NCBI GenBank assembly: GCA_030264375.1
Contig: JASCQW010000112.1
Coordinates: forward strand, 38,643,420 to 38,707,419
Origin: Carcharhinus longimanus
Lineage: Eukaryota
Direction of reading: 5' to 3'
Length of the DNA stretch: 64,000 nucleotides
Shown here: positions 24,666 through 37,862 of the stretch, one piece after another
Position numbering within the stretch: the first letter of the stretch is position 1
Layout of the letters: the number at the start of each line of letters is the position of its first letter
Notes under the pieces: model-generated
Seen by the model: only the letters and a program-made list of their open reading frames with translations
Database searches by the model: none
What the model was told of the DNA's origin: nothing
Translations under genes and position numbers: made by a program

Positions 24666-25339
24666 GTACAAAATAAATACTGAATTCCTTCTGTATTCGG
24701 ACTTGTTTCCAAGTCTCCCAACTTAATGTTCTCCACAATTGTCACTTCAGCACACCAAAGAGGAGCCAAAATAGTAATTTCCTTTTTGTTTTTGGTGCCT
24801 GTATGGAGTGGCGGATGAGGGATGGAAAAGAAAATATTAAGTGAATCTATGTTGAATAAGTACCAAGTCAGTAATGTGACCTATAATTTGTAGGGTATCT
24901 ATACAATATCTGAATGAAATCTTCCAGCACTACTTCAAAGGGTTTAACATATATAAATTCACTAGTATCAGTCAGCATTTATAATTTAATAGTCACAAAG
25001 CACTTTCATTGGTTAAAGCTAGTTTTTAATTTAACTGATCAATAATCCAATAAAGTGGACAAACCAAATGGTAAAAGTAGTTTGGCAGACTGATTATTTT
25101 AAGATCCAGTATTATGTAATGAATGGTTATTTTATAACAAACAGTCCTCTGGACAAGTTTCAGTATGCTGTATTTCATATTTGTTGCAAGCCCAAAACTA
25201 GGGTGTTGAGTTTCAACTTAATCAATTAAGTAAATGAGGGACAAGATAAATCGGATTCAAACACATGGTAAATGAGCAATGGTGAACTCGTAAAGAAATA
25301 ATACTGGTTAGATTTACATTTTCTTGAGGAATAAATATT

Positions 25340-28300
25340 CCATAGGGCAGCTGTGGCTAACTAGAGAAAGTAAGGATAGTGTTAGATTAAAAGAAGGGGC
25401 TTGCAATATGGCCAAAAAAGAGTAATGGGCTGTAAGATTTTAGAAGTCAGCCAAGGATGAGTAAGATGTAGATAGAGCGGGAAAACAGTAAATTAACTAG
25501 AGACATAAAAACAAATTGTAAGGAATTCTACAGATATGTGAAAAGGAAATGATTAACAAAAGTAAATGCAGGTTAGAGGCAAACAGGTGAAATTTAAAGT
25601 GGGTGATAAGGAAATGACATGATAAACAGTTGAAGAAACAAAAAACATTGGGAATAATGGAGAACTAAGGATCCAATGAGAACAAAAGGAACTAAATTTC
25701 ATGAGTAGTTTAAAAGGATGGAGAAATTAATGAACCTAAAAACCATCTAATTCCTCTAAATCAAAACAAAATAATGTGAATGCTGGAGATCTGAAATAAA
25801 AGCAAGGTTCTTAAAAAAAAAAACTCAGCAGGCCTGATAGCATCAGTGGAGAGAAAGAGTTAAGGTTTCAAATCCAATATGACTCCCCTTCAGAACTGGA
25901 GATCTTCCAAAGAATTACATCAGACATTGCTTCTCTCACCACAGATGCTGTGACATACTGAGCTTTTCCAGCACTTCGTTACAAAAACAAATTGTCACTG
26001 GATCTGATGACTGTGCATTTGAGGATTTTAAGAGGTGGCGACAGAGACATCAGGAATAATTTTGAGTTTCCAGAATTGCATTGTCTACAGTGGTCCCTAT
26101 GGATTTGCAAGTAGCAAATTTAATCCTGCTAGTCAAGCAGGGAGAGAAAAAATGGAACTTGCAGACCAGTCAACCTGCCATCAATAGCAGGAATAATAAT
26201 GGAATCTGCAAGGTACATGCTGATGTAGCACTTAGAAAATCATAGAGTGAACAGTTCTCTGAAAGGGAAACAGTGTTTTGCAGATTCTTTTTGATGTTGT
26301 AGCTGAAAGTTAGGTTAGGGAGAATGATTTGATGGAGTATATTTTGAATTTTCAAAAGGAGTTCGGTAAGATACCACAAAGTTATTGCACAAAACTATAG
26401 TTCATGAAATTGATAAATTAGTTTGGACTGTGGGTTGGCTGTTGGACGGAATGCAGACTAGGAATAATTGTTTTGTTTTTTTGGTAGGTTGTAACAACTT
26501 AGAGTGCCATGAAGCCAGTTCTTGCGCTTCAGCTATTTACAATCTACATCCAGTGTGTTAGATGAAGGGACTGAATGTATTGTATCATCCAATTTTGCTG
26601 ACAATACATAGCTAGGTGGGAAAATAAGCAGCAACGAGGGATGCAAAGGTATATAGGCACTCTTGAATGGGCAAGACCAGTGGAGTCTATTGGAAGGAAA
26701 TGGGAAATTATCCACTTTTTTAGGATAAATGGAAAAGTGTTTTTTTTGAAAAACATTAGTAAGTTTGATATTCAGAGGAATTTGGAGCTGTTTGTAGACA
26801 CAATATAACATGCATATAAAGTATGCAATTAGGACGACAAATTGAATATCATACTTCAGCCCCCTTGCAATAAAGGTTAAGACTAAGGAAATCTTGCTAC
26901 ATTATATAGTGCTTTAGTGAGACCTATAACAGTACTATATACTGTTTTGGTCTCTTTACTGAAAGAAGGATACATCCTTTAGAGAGGATACAACAAAGAT
27001 TCGTTCGATTGATTCCTGAGATTAGTGGTAGTCCTGTGAGGAGAGAGTCCGTATTTTCTAGAGCTTGTAAAAAAAAAAGTGTTCGAATATGTAAACTTTG
27101 AAGGGCTTGATAAGGTAGATGTGAAAACTCTTTTGTTTTCCACAACTGGAGAGTTTCAACCTAGGAGTCAACCTCAGGATAAAGAATCAATGAAGTCCTG
27201 ATCAGAGTCAATGGATGCACAGCATTAACTGTGTTCAACACTGAACTCAGTAGATTTTTGGACTCATTGAGGGAATCTAGGAAATATTGGGGCTAGCTGG
27301 AAAAGTTGATTCAGTTAGATGATCAGCACTGATTTTGTGGACTGCTCAAAGATGTCATTTGTCCTGTTGCTATTTTTTTTTATGGCTTACCTTTGCGTGG
27401 TCTTTAGTCTGTTGCAGACTACTTTAGACTTGTACATTTCTTCACCAAATTACAATAATTATAGGTTTTATGAAAGGTAAATCATGTTTGACAAATTTGC
27501 TTGAATTCTGAGGACGTAACGGAGAGTAGATAGAGAGGAACCTGTAGCTGTATTGTATTTAGATTTTCCAAAAGGCATTTGATAAGATGCTGCATAAGAG
27601 GCTGGTGCATAAAGTAAAAGCCCATGGAATTGGAGGAAGTGTGTTAGCATGAATTGAAAACTGGCTGTCACATAGAAGTCATGATGTGGGTATGCCAGCG
27701 TTGGACTGGCGTAAACACAGTAAAAAGTCTGACAACACCAGGTTTTAGTCCAANNNNNNNNNNNNNNNNNNNNNNNNNNNNNNNNNNNNNNNNNNNNNNN
27801 NNNNNNNNNNNNNNNNNNNNNNNNNNNNNNNNNNNNNNNNNNNNNNNNNNNNNCCCGAAAGCTTGTGAGAATATTATCAAATAAATAGGTTGGACTAAAA
27901 CCTGGTGTTGTCAGACTTTTTACTGTGTCACATAGAAAACAGGGAGTTGGAATAAATAGATCCTTTTCAGAGTTCAAAGATGTAACTAGTGGAGTACTGT
28001 AAGGATCAATTCTTGGCCCACAATTGTTCACCAATTACATTAATAACCTGGAGGAATGTAAGGTTTCCAGATTTGTTTATGATACAAAGATAGGTGGAAA
28101 GACATGTTTCAATATTGCGATTCTGCAATGGGATATACATTGGGTGACTGGGCTAAACATAGCAAGTAGAGATTAACTTGGAAGTGAGAGGTCATGCATG
28201 TTAGGAGCATCAAAGAGCAGATTATCTAAATTGTGAGAGACTTCAGGTGAGTGAAGTATCGAGGGATCTAGGTGTTCTAGTGCATGAATCACCAAAAAGC

Positions 28301-28930
28301 AAACGGACAAGTCCAACAAATAGTAAAAGGAGCAAATGGCATTTTGGCTATTATTGAAAGGGGTTGGAGTTCAAAAATAGGGAGGTTTTGTTGCAATTGT
28401 ACAGGGCATAGGTGGGGGCTCATCTGGAATACTGTATGCAGTCTTGGACTGCTTTCCTGAAAAAGGGATATAGTAATATCGGAAGCAATCCGAAAGCGAT
28501 TTACCAGGCTAATTCTTGGGATGAGGGTTTCCTATCAAGGGAGACTAAAAAGTCTGGTCTATATGGTGTTTAGGAGAGGTGATCTTTCTTCAAGCATGTC
28601 AGATCCTGAGGGGGCTTGACAGGGTAGGTGGTGAGAGGTTTTCATTTATGGGAGTCTCGAACAAGGGGACATAGTTACAAGATAAAGGACCAGTCACTTA
28701 AAACTGAGGTGCATAGAAACTTCTTATTGCAGTGAGTGATGAATATCTGGAACTCTGATCCTAAGGGTGGAGGAGACTAGATCATTAGAAATAATCAAAG
28801 TGGAGGTGATAAATATTTGATAGATCAGAGAATAGGGGACTACAGGAAAATGACGGAAGTAGTTGAGGCCAGCATAGATCAGCCATGATTGTATTGAATG
28901 GGGGGCAGCATTAATAGGAATTGGGAGTAG
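25340..28930 (+). mobile_element. Stacked sense-strand CR1 fragments in the last KTN1 intron
   Basis: YLDFxKAFDK (27555), QGSILGPQLF-like (28000) and HLEYCxQ (28420) motifs, plus a 3' UTR. Confidence 0.85.
27678..27925. mobile_element. Penelope-type element with inverted termini inserted in CR1
   Basis: Perfect 38-bp inverted repeat (27716-27753 / 27890-27927). 12-bp target-site duplication tgtcacatagaa (27666-27677 / 27926-27937). Confidence 0.8.
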
Positions 28931-28989
28931 GCCACCAGGCCTATTACTTGTATACAGCACACCAGCTTTTCGAATGAGTAGTACACCTA

Positions 28990-31900
28990 GTAACATTTCC
29001 CTGCAACCCTGCACAATTTCAAATAATCCTCCTGAATGTTTCAAGCCTCCACCAGACTATCAGCCAGCACATTCCAGATCTTCAGTACATGAAAGTTTCT
29101 TCTCACGGCTTTGTTGTTTCTTTTGCCAATTATTTTATTATTGACCCCCTCAGTCTTGATCTTAACACCAGTGGGAATAGTGTTCCCCTATCTACTCTGT
29201 CCAACCACCTCTGATTTTTGAATGACCTCTTTCAAATTGCCTCTTGACTATTTCCTTATCCGAGTGAAACTGTCCCAACTTCTCCAATCTATCTTTGTAA
29301 TTTAAGTTTCTCATCCCTTGGATCGTCCTTGTGAATTGTTATATCTCTAATGACCTCATGTCTTTCCTAAACTGTCACTCAGAACTGGGCACAGCAGTCT
29401 GCCAGCTGAGGCTGAACCAGGGTTTTTTCAATCTTAACCTTTCTGAACTAAACTTGTTCCTCCTTCATGTTTACAGCCAAGCCTATCAAGGCAGTCAACT
29501 AATGAAGTTTCACATTTGAGCAGTACCTTTTCAAAGGTGTTTAAAATCATCCCTGTATCCCCTCGTTTTGTTTTCCCAAAGCAAAAAGACAATTGTTATG
29601 TCATCGATCTTTTTGCTTCGATTTTTCTTTGGCTTTGAAATTTAACATCTGTTCCGTGCTGCGTTCTGAGTATCACTTTTATTAATTAACAAATGTGACA
29701 ATATTTCAAATCATATTTTCGTGGGCTGATATAAATGAAACCATTATTAATCTTTTCAAACATGGTTGAAAATAATCTTACCAAAAAAATTCTGTACTCT
29801 GGCACTTAACTGAACTTACAAGCAACATTTAACCAGAAAATTTACTTTTTTAAAGCTGTTGCTTTGACTTGGGACCTTTTTTTTATTTAATCAATTCTGC
29901 CAGATCCATTACATTAGGTTTTCTTGGCAGCCTCTATCAGGGATACACTTTAAAAACATTGTACCCATATACCAGATTTGCTGATGATATAATACAGTCA
30001 GTTCATTCCAAGTCATTTATATAGATTGTAAGTTACTAAGGCCCCAACACTGCTTCCTCTGGTACTCCACTGGTTAGTTTGCCAATCTCAAAATGAACTA
30101 TTTTTCCCAACTGTTGTTTGTGAGCCAATCCTCTCTCCATGCTAATATATCACCCCCAACCTACCTTTGTGGCATCTTATCAAATGCATTTTGGAAATCC
30201 AAATCCATTACATCTGCTGGCTCCCCTCTAACCATCCTGCTTGCTACATCCTCAGAACCCCAATAAATTTTGTCAAACATAATTTCCATTTAACAAAACC
30301 ATGTTGATTCTACTCGATTGTGTTGTGATTCTCCAGTATTTTCTACCCATTCCTTCCTTAAGAGTGGATCCCATTGATGGATGCTAGCCAGTCTGTAGCT
30401 TACTGCTTTCTGCCTTCCTCCTTTCTTGAATAGTGGTGTTGCATTTGCAATTTTCTAATCCTCTGGGACCTTTCCATAATCAAGGGAATTTTGGAAAATT
30501 GCAGACACTTCCTTTTAAGACCATAAGGTGCAGGCCATCAAGTCCTAAGGACTGTCGGTCTTTATTCCTTTTAATTTTGCTTGCATTTTTTTCTCATTTA
30601 ACTTCCTTCCATCCTTTTGACTCTTGATTTTCTACTATTCTTGAGATGTTTTCTACTGTGAAGACAGATACAAAATACTTGTTCAAAGTTTCTACCTTTT
30701 GCTTGTTTCCCATTATTAATTCCACAGTCTCATTCTCTTTCCTATTTAGCTACATTAAGAGCTTTTACTGTTTCTTGTATTTCTTGCTCAGTTTTTTCTT
30801 ACTCCAACTTCTCCCTCTTTTTTTCTAAAAGGTACTCTTTGCTGTTTTCTTAAAGTTCCTCTCTTCTGACTACCATTAATCTTTGCCACATCGTACATCT
30901 TTGAATTTGCCACTGTCCTTAACTTGTTTAACCACAATTGGTGCATTCTTCTTGAGGTGGCATACATTTTTGAGCAAGATATTTCATAACTCCCAATGTC
31001 TGCCACTACTTTGCTACTTTACCTTTTAACCTATATACCCATACATTGTAGCCAGCTGTCTCATATCCTTGTAATTATATTTATTTCAGTTTAAGGTGTT
31101 AAATTTTTCACCTTCACACAATGTGAAATTCATCATGTAATGAACATTCTTGCCTGACAGATCTTTTACTATGAGCCCATTAACTACTCCGGCCTCATTC
31201 GACATTGCCAGCTCTAAAATATCCTGTTTCCTACTTGGTTAGTTCCATAATGTATTCTAAGGAATATCCCAGATATGCACTTTTTTGGCAATTTAATTTG
31301 GCCAATCTATATTAAGATTAAAATTTCCCATGGTTATTGTAGTACCTTACTTACAAGACCCCATTATTTCTTGAATGGTCCACGACTACAGTGTAGGTAT
31401 TACAAGTAGGGGCTGTAAAACCATTCCATCAGGTACTTATTTCCTTGTTTATCTCCACCCAAAATCTATGGTCCTCCAAACAAAAATCATTTACTACTGT
31501 ATTAGTCTTATCCTTGATTAACAGAGCTACCTTACCTCATTTTCTTTTCCTTCCCAATTTCCTCAAATGTCAAATACTCATGAATATTCAGAGTCCCAGT
31601 CGTGGTCATTTTGCAACCACATCTATATTGGCTCTTCTATACTCATACTTCTAGGTGTAACAGATCACCATCCTGTTACAAATGCCAAGTACATTAAGAT
31701 TAAAAAAGCTGGTACCTTTCCAGAATCTAGGGAGTTTTGGTAGATCACAATGTGCCCATAATCTCTGCAATCACTTCCTTTAAGACATTACAAGGCAAAC
31801 CATCAGCTTCTAGGGGACTTTTCAATTTTTAGGTTTTCTTGCATTTTTTCCTCTAGCGGTGATTTCTCTCATTTTAAGTTCTATCTTTTTACCACTTCCC
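28990..31900 (-). mobile_element. Antisense CR1 fragments in the last KTN1 intron
   Basis: Reverse-complement CR1 RT motifs (tcaaatgcattttggaaatccaaat = LDFQNAFD) and 3' end motifs. Confidence 0.75.
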
Positions 31901-32687
31901 TACAGTGACCTTACTTGTACACGTATTTGATTTGCTAGTATGCTTGTCCCAGTACAGTTCAGGAGAAGGTCCTCCCAAAAACTTCCTCTTCATTTCTCCC
32001 ATTACCAATCTTTGAACCACACATTCAATACGCTCCAGTCATGAGCTGCTATGTGATAATAGGTAAAGTTTTTAAAATGTGGAGAACTTCCTTTTGGAGA
32101 ATAATTGAAATTGATCTTGACCCAAATTACTTTTCAACTTCAAAAATGGAATAGTTGGTCTGTTTTGGGTCAGATGGTGAATTTGGCTGCTTTGTGAGCT
32201 GCTGATTCTTTTATGCCTAATGAGGACTGCTACCCAAGTTTTTGTTTCTCCTAACCAATAGGGGACTAAGTTTTGGGAGAGGGCCGTGAAAGGATAGGGA
32301 ATGAAATTTCTTTAGGCTGCTGTGGCCCAAGATGACACATTGATGTTTGGAACAAAGTTAACCCTTGGGTTTGGGAGAAACTGTGTAATCTGTAATTGAG
32401 CTGGGAAGACCTGGGGTGGCAATTGACCAGCAGCCTGGCTCACCTATAGAGTCTGGAGTAATAAAACTCAATCTATTAATCATACAGGTGGATTGGCTGG
32501 TCAACTGACAGGAAAATTGTCAGTCCTCGGTGCTGATAGACTGTGGTGTTACTAGCAAAATCAATGTTTTGATACTTCACATCCAGGAAGTCACTGGTTG
32601 AATCTTCTACTTTATTGATGCATGTAAACCAAATTGTCCATTAAAACGTCAAGAAATAATAGATTCTACTTTTGTTTTTATTTTTAG

Positions 32688-32723
32688 GCAACTGGAGTGC
32701 TGAAGGAAGGAGCTTCTGTTTGA
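32688..32723 (+). CDS. KTN1: Kinectin 1 terminal coding segment (ATGVLKEGASV*)
   Basis: Strong acceptor ttttgtttttatttttag|GCA, in frame to TGA at 32721-32723, followed by a KTN1-like 3' UTR. Confidence 0.82.
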   Translation, partial: ATGVLKEGASV

Positions 32724-33680
32724 AGATGGTGCTTGGTTTGCACCTTGATTTGCCAAATTAAAGCCTTATTTATGTTTTTCGCCCTTCTTAATTGTCAAAC
32801 ACTGAATAGAGCTTTACTTTTGTGTTTTTTTTTAAAAATATTGGATTAAACTACTGATTGAAAAATATTGTAGGCAGCTTGAAAGTTTTTAGTTTTATAA
32901 AACATGGTATCCTGTCTGTACATTCCTAAATGCAAAGAAATTGTTTAATTTTTTGCTAAATGCCTAAATTTGACTACCAGCAAATATAATTTGGGCAAAA
33001 CCAGGAGCTAAAAATAATTCTAGCGGCACATTTACTTTTGGGTTTCAAATTAAGACTTTCAGGGTTATTTGCAAACTTTCAGCATTACACACTCCATGTT
33101 GTTGCTAGCATAGAAAATCTGAAGAATTTTGTAAGCGCGAGTCTGAATAAAGGGATGCTTGTTTCTCAGCCAGACTAAAGCTTCATTCGGTAAAGTTTTT
33201 ACTGCTGTGTGGCCTGATGAAATGTTAAAGCAGACAGCAGTACGTCAGTTGATTACATGTCCCCTTTTGAGGGTTGAATAGTAACATTCTACAATAAATG
33301 TTGAATATTCAGTTCTTGCTGACTTAATGGTGCAAACTGTTTTTCTGTTAAGTGGGCTTGAAATACAGTTGACCTGTGGTGCGTTGGAGGCATTGTGGCT
33401 ACATACCCAAGCTGCTAGTTTAAAAAAATGGTTTATAGAGAAAAAGGGTAAACAGTTCAAATTGATGCTGCTTTGATATTTTACTGTTTTCTTTAAGGTA
33501 GAATTGAAACTATTTACATTTAAGGAGCTGCCATTTTAATAAAGTTATGAACTGTAAATAAGTCCTATGTATAAATGAGGGAAAAATAAAATCTCCTTTG
33601 CATCTTGTCTTCATGAAATGGTTACTTTGTGGCAAACTTCCTTACTGCACTAAAGAATAAAGTCTGAAATTCAACAGCAG
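32724..33680 (+). other. KTN1: KTN1 3' UTR (3' end uncertain, alternative polyadenylation likely)
   Basis: No recognisable repeats, AU-rich, downstream of the stop. AATAAA at 33146, 33293, 33538, 33585 and 33656. Confidence 0.7.
33146..33151 (+). terminator. Proximal poly(A) signal
   Basis: AATAAA followed by gggatgctt, similar to the recalled context of the mammalian KTN1 signal. Confidence 0.6.
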
Positions 33681-36600
33681 AGTTGGGAAATTTATGGTTA
33701 TCAGAATATAAAGTTGATGCTGTGGATTGCTTGCATTTGGTAGACTGGGATTTACAAGCAATGATATTTAAGTATTAATCTGCACTGAGTGATGAAGGGT
33801 TGGAGGAAGACTGGGATGGAAAGAGGTAAATAGTGGTAACAAAATGTGCAGATGACTGGAAATAGTACATTTTACAACTACTTATTTTGGGATATATTAT
33901 AATGGAATAATATCCAACATTTCAAAGCAGCAATGGACAATGTATTCTGATCATTTTTATTTTTAAAATGTCAAATTGCTACTCGATTATTAGCTTAATG
34001 CCTTTTCAACAGAATTGAGCATTGAAGGAACTTTACGATCAGGATAAACTAAGTGCTATTTGAACACTATCGACTCTAACCACTTTGTATTATAACCTAC
34101 GCGTTAAGTAGGAAACTCAAGTTTGCATGAATGCTACTATTTAAAAAAAGTGAAGATAGATTCGAATAATATCCTAACTTGAAAATATTTAAAGAGAAGC
34201 ATTTGAGTAGGTAAATACTTTTGCTCCTTGAAGTAGTGGAAAATGTCCTGAAACCAAGTGTATCTCTTGCTATGATATAAATATTTTGTTGAGATCTGAT
34301 ATTTTGGATATCCAATGCAGAAAGGATCCTCTTTGGGAGATTTACATGGGTTGGTCTATTTCTGAATTTTACACACCTGAATAGGATTTGTCATCTTTCT
34401 CCTAAATTAATATTGTTAACAATTCTGACTCTGCCTCTTGGATTTGATGGCATTTGCCACTCCTGCAAGCTGTATCTGCATTTTGTGTCTCAAGTCTGTG
34501 CCAATACTATCCAATATCTAATTCATAACGGTGCAAGCTGGAACACCATGTGATTTGAACTGGATTCACCTGTAAATAGGATATTGTCACTGATCTCATC
34601 TCTTACTCCAAATGCTGGAGATAGATAATGTCTTTAAACTTCCATTCTTACACATTCACTCTCCCAGGTTACCCTTCAATGGAAACCTATTTAAAAAAAA
34701 TCTGCACATACTCAAATTTAGAGAGAATGAGATAAAACTGGTGAACTGTCAAATTAGGTACAATGTCAAGAAATGTGTATATTAATACAGTGGAGACCAT
34801 CTCTGGTCTCTTGCAAATTGTGCCATTCTTTCAGCAGATTGAGTTTTACGTGAGAAAGTGGAGGCCAGATTTGGCTATATAAACTGTTAACTGCCTTGGA
34901 AGTTAAGCACATGCGAATTTGCTTTCAAAGCAAAAATCTGTTGTTTTGGGAGTTGGTTGTGGCTATCTGCCCAGATTTTGGCACCAAAAGCTCAACCAAA
35001 AGGATATCCGTGAAGTTAGTTTTGCAAAGCAAACACAAGGAAGGAGGCTATGCCAGATTTTGCTTATGAAAGGAAAGCTTCATGATTCTGCCACGACATA
35101 CAATTGGCTGTTGGATAAATCTGTGCTGCTGGTTTCCACTGCATTAATATACATGTTTCTTGACATCGCACCTGATTTGACAGTTCACCACTACTCTTAT
35201 CCCATTCCCTCTAAATCAGAAATTTGAGTATGTAGAGATTTTCTTAATAGGTTTCCATTGAAGGGTAACTTGAGAGAGTAAGTGTAAGAATGGAAGTTCA
35301 AAAGCATTATCCATCTCCAGCCTTTGGAGTCGGAGATGAGATCAGTAACAATGTCCCATTTACAGAGGGATTTTTTTGCTGGATGTTGATGGAATGCATC
35401 CAAGAGAAAGTCTAGAAGGCAGTTTTAGACAGGTGTGTGCTTGAACTGTATTGGAACTTAAAGCTAGTGGGAAGTTGGAAAATTCTTGCTTTGTTTTAGT
35501 TCATCAGCCAATCATGATCAGGGTTTGAAGGTATGTTTTCCTATCAAAAGAAGCAATTTGGGTTGGAATGCATTAATTGCAAAGGGGTTCATGAAAATTG
35601 AATATCTTAATTTTTCATAATTATCGATCAGTGGATGTGTGTGGACATCATATACCTGAACTTCCAAAAGGTAGTTCATAAGGTTGGCTCTTGAAATTGG
35701 TTTGAAGTGCAAGGCCTTCAAAGTAATGGAGGAAGAGTAACTTGGCTGTGTAATTGAATTGGAAGCATTTCAAATTAATAGTTCTGGACATCATATCAGT
35801 GCCTTTGGTTTGCAGCTCGTACAAGATATGGGGTGCAAATCTGCTTTCTCTGGTGCTGCTGAGTACATGAGGAAATACCAAATGTAGACTAAGATTATGA
35901 GGTAAAGAAGTGAAAGTAGTCTTTGAAGTGAGAATAAGGAGTGATGCTACAGTTCTGTGTTGTCTGGATCATGCTCTCTCAATCCAATGCTTGGTCCAGA
36001 AGGCATTGAACCACGTGTGGAAGTAAACTACCCATCTCTGATTGTATGCATAAATGGTGATCAGGAATGTATTTTGGTTCTCTCCATAGTCATTTGAAAG
36101 GGTCCGTAGTCACAAGTTTAAAACTCTCAGGCTGAGAAACAATGGTCTCCTTATTAGAGCTTTCGCAGACAGACACCAAGGCCCTTAGTCTGGCAATGCA
36201 CATATCAGCCATCTAACTGGGAAATGGGACTGATCCACACACACATGAGCTGATTGGATATAATATTGATTATGATTGTTATATGCTAATTACTTGTAAT
36301 TGATTTTGAAAACTTTAGCCTTTGTATCTTGGACTATGCCACTGGCTAGCTACAGGGATATGAACTAGCTTCCCAGCGTCCTTGCTTATAGCTTGTATTA
36401 AAACACCTGTTTAAAAAAAGCTCTGCTATTTGTCTGGTCATTCAAAAGGTAAAATTGTTATCAATTAAAAGGCTGATATCAAAGCTCGCACAGCTTTGGT
36501 GACAAGATGAGATTTCACTCAGACTGGCTAGGTATAGCGGGTGAGTATCAATCATGTCTGATTAATACTCAGTTGAGTGCTGTTGTAAACCCAGCAATAG

Positions 36601-37319
36601 TAGCCAATTTAATAAGTAAATCTGAGCCTAGAATAAACCAGACAAAAGGAGTTTTTGAGGGTCGACCCTGCAGTGATAAACTGCGATTGTGCAGAGTGGT
36701 CAAAAGACTATGGGCCATGGCGATAGTCAAAGAAATATCTCGAGGAATAGGGAGGAGAAACAGCTTGCTCTTAAGTCATTTTGATTAAGCTGCAGTGCAG
36801 TTATAAGATCAGTAAAAGTTAAAATGTAACCAATTAATATCCATCTGAAAAAAATTCGACAGTCTTTAAAAAAATTTAGAACTTTGCATTGTAGGCTTGA
36901 ATTTCAGGTGCTGGAAATTAGTTTGAAAATAACTTGCGTTGCTCTATCACATTAAGAAGCTGGAAGTGATTTATTTAAAATTTGAGCTGTGGCTGTCCTA
37001 TATTGCATGCTAAGAAAAGTTAACTATTTCAGCAAACAGTTGATTCGATTTTAAATTGCTCAACTCACGCCTATGTTTGTTTATAATGGCAGATTTATGG
37101 GAAGCAATTAAACGTGCAAATTTGGAGCGTAGGCTGGAGGCATATGGAATAAGTATGAAAATGTGATGGTCTTAATTTGGTAGGGTTCATTAAAATTTGG
37201 GATATTTGGAAAACCTGTGTTGGATTGATCTTGGATCAAAACATCTTGTCAGGTTAAACAATAAATTCCTGATACAGATAGTAGATAAAAGATAATTCTA
37301 GAATTACATTGAGAAAGGA

Positions 37320-37862
37320 ATTAGTTTTGGATCCTGAACACAGTTTTGTGCAGTTCTGCCTCCTAGTCTGTGGAAGGACATTCTTGCTGCTGAGGGAGTC
37401 AAATGAAGATTCACCAGACTGATTCCTGGAATGGTAGGACTGACGTATGAAGAGAGACTGGATCGACTGAGTTTGTACACACTGGAATTTAGAAGAATGA
37501 GAGGGGATATCAGAAACGTCAAATCATGATGGGACTGGAACAGGCTAGATGCGAAGAATGTTTGTGATGGTGGGGAAATGCTGAACAAAGAGTCGCAGTC
37601 TAAGAATAAGAGGTAAGCCATTCAGGGCTGAGATGAGAAACAACTTTACTGAGTTGTGAACATGTAGAATAGTCTACCACAGAAGCTGTTGGGAACCAGT
37701 TCATTGGATATGCTTGAGGGAGCTGGATGTGGCCCTTGTGGCTAAAGTGATCAACGAGTCTGGAGAGAAATCGGGAGTGGGACATTGAAAGTGCATGATC
37801 AGCCATGATATTGAATGGTGGTGCAGACTCAAAAGGCTGAATGGCCTATTCCTGAATCTATT
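37320..37862 (+). mobile_element. CR1 (HER1-like) 3' fragment
   Basis: RRFTRLIPGM..YEERL..LEFRRMRGD motif and 3' UTR gatcagccatgat..gaatgg..ggctgaatggcctattcctg. Confidence 0.9.

Noticed and set aside
2395-32723. Gene could be RRBP1 (p180), given the KEGxSV end
   Set aside because: Internal exons match KTN1-specific sequence (LQLECEKYKxVLAETEGILQ, MQSS, LLTELQKKLDDS, EKMLQDKVNKT).
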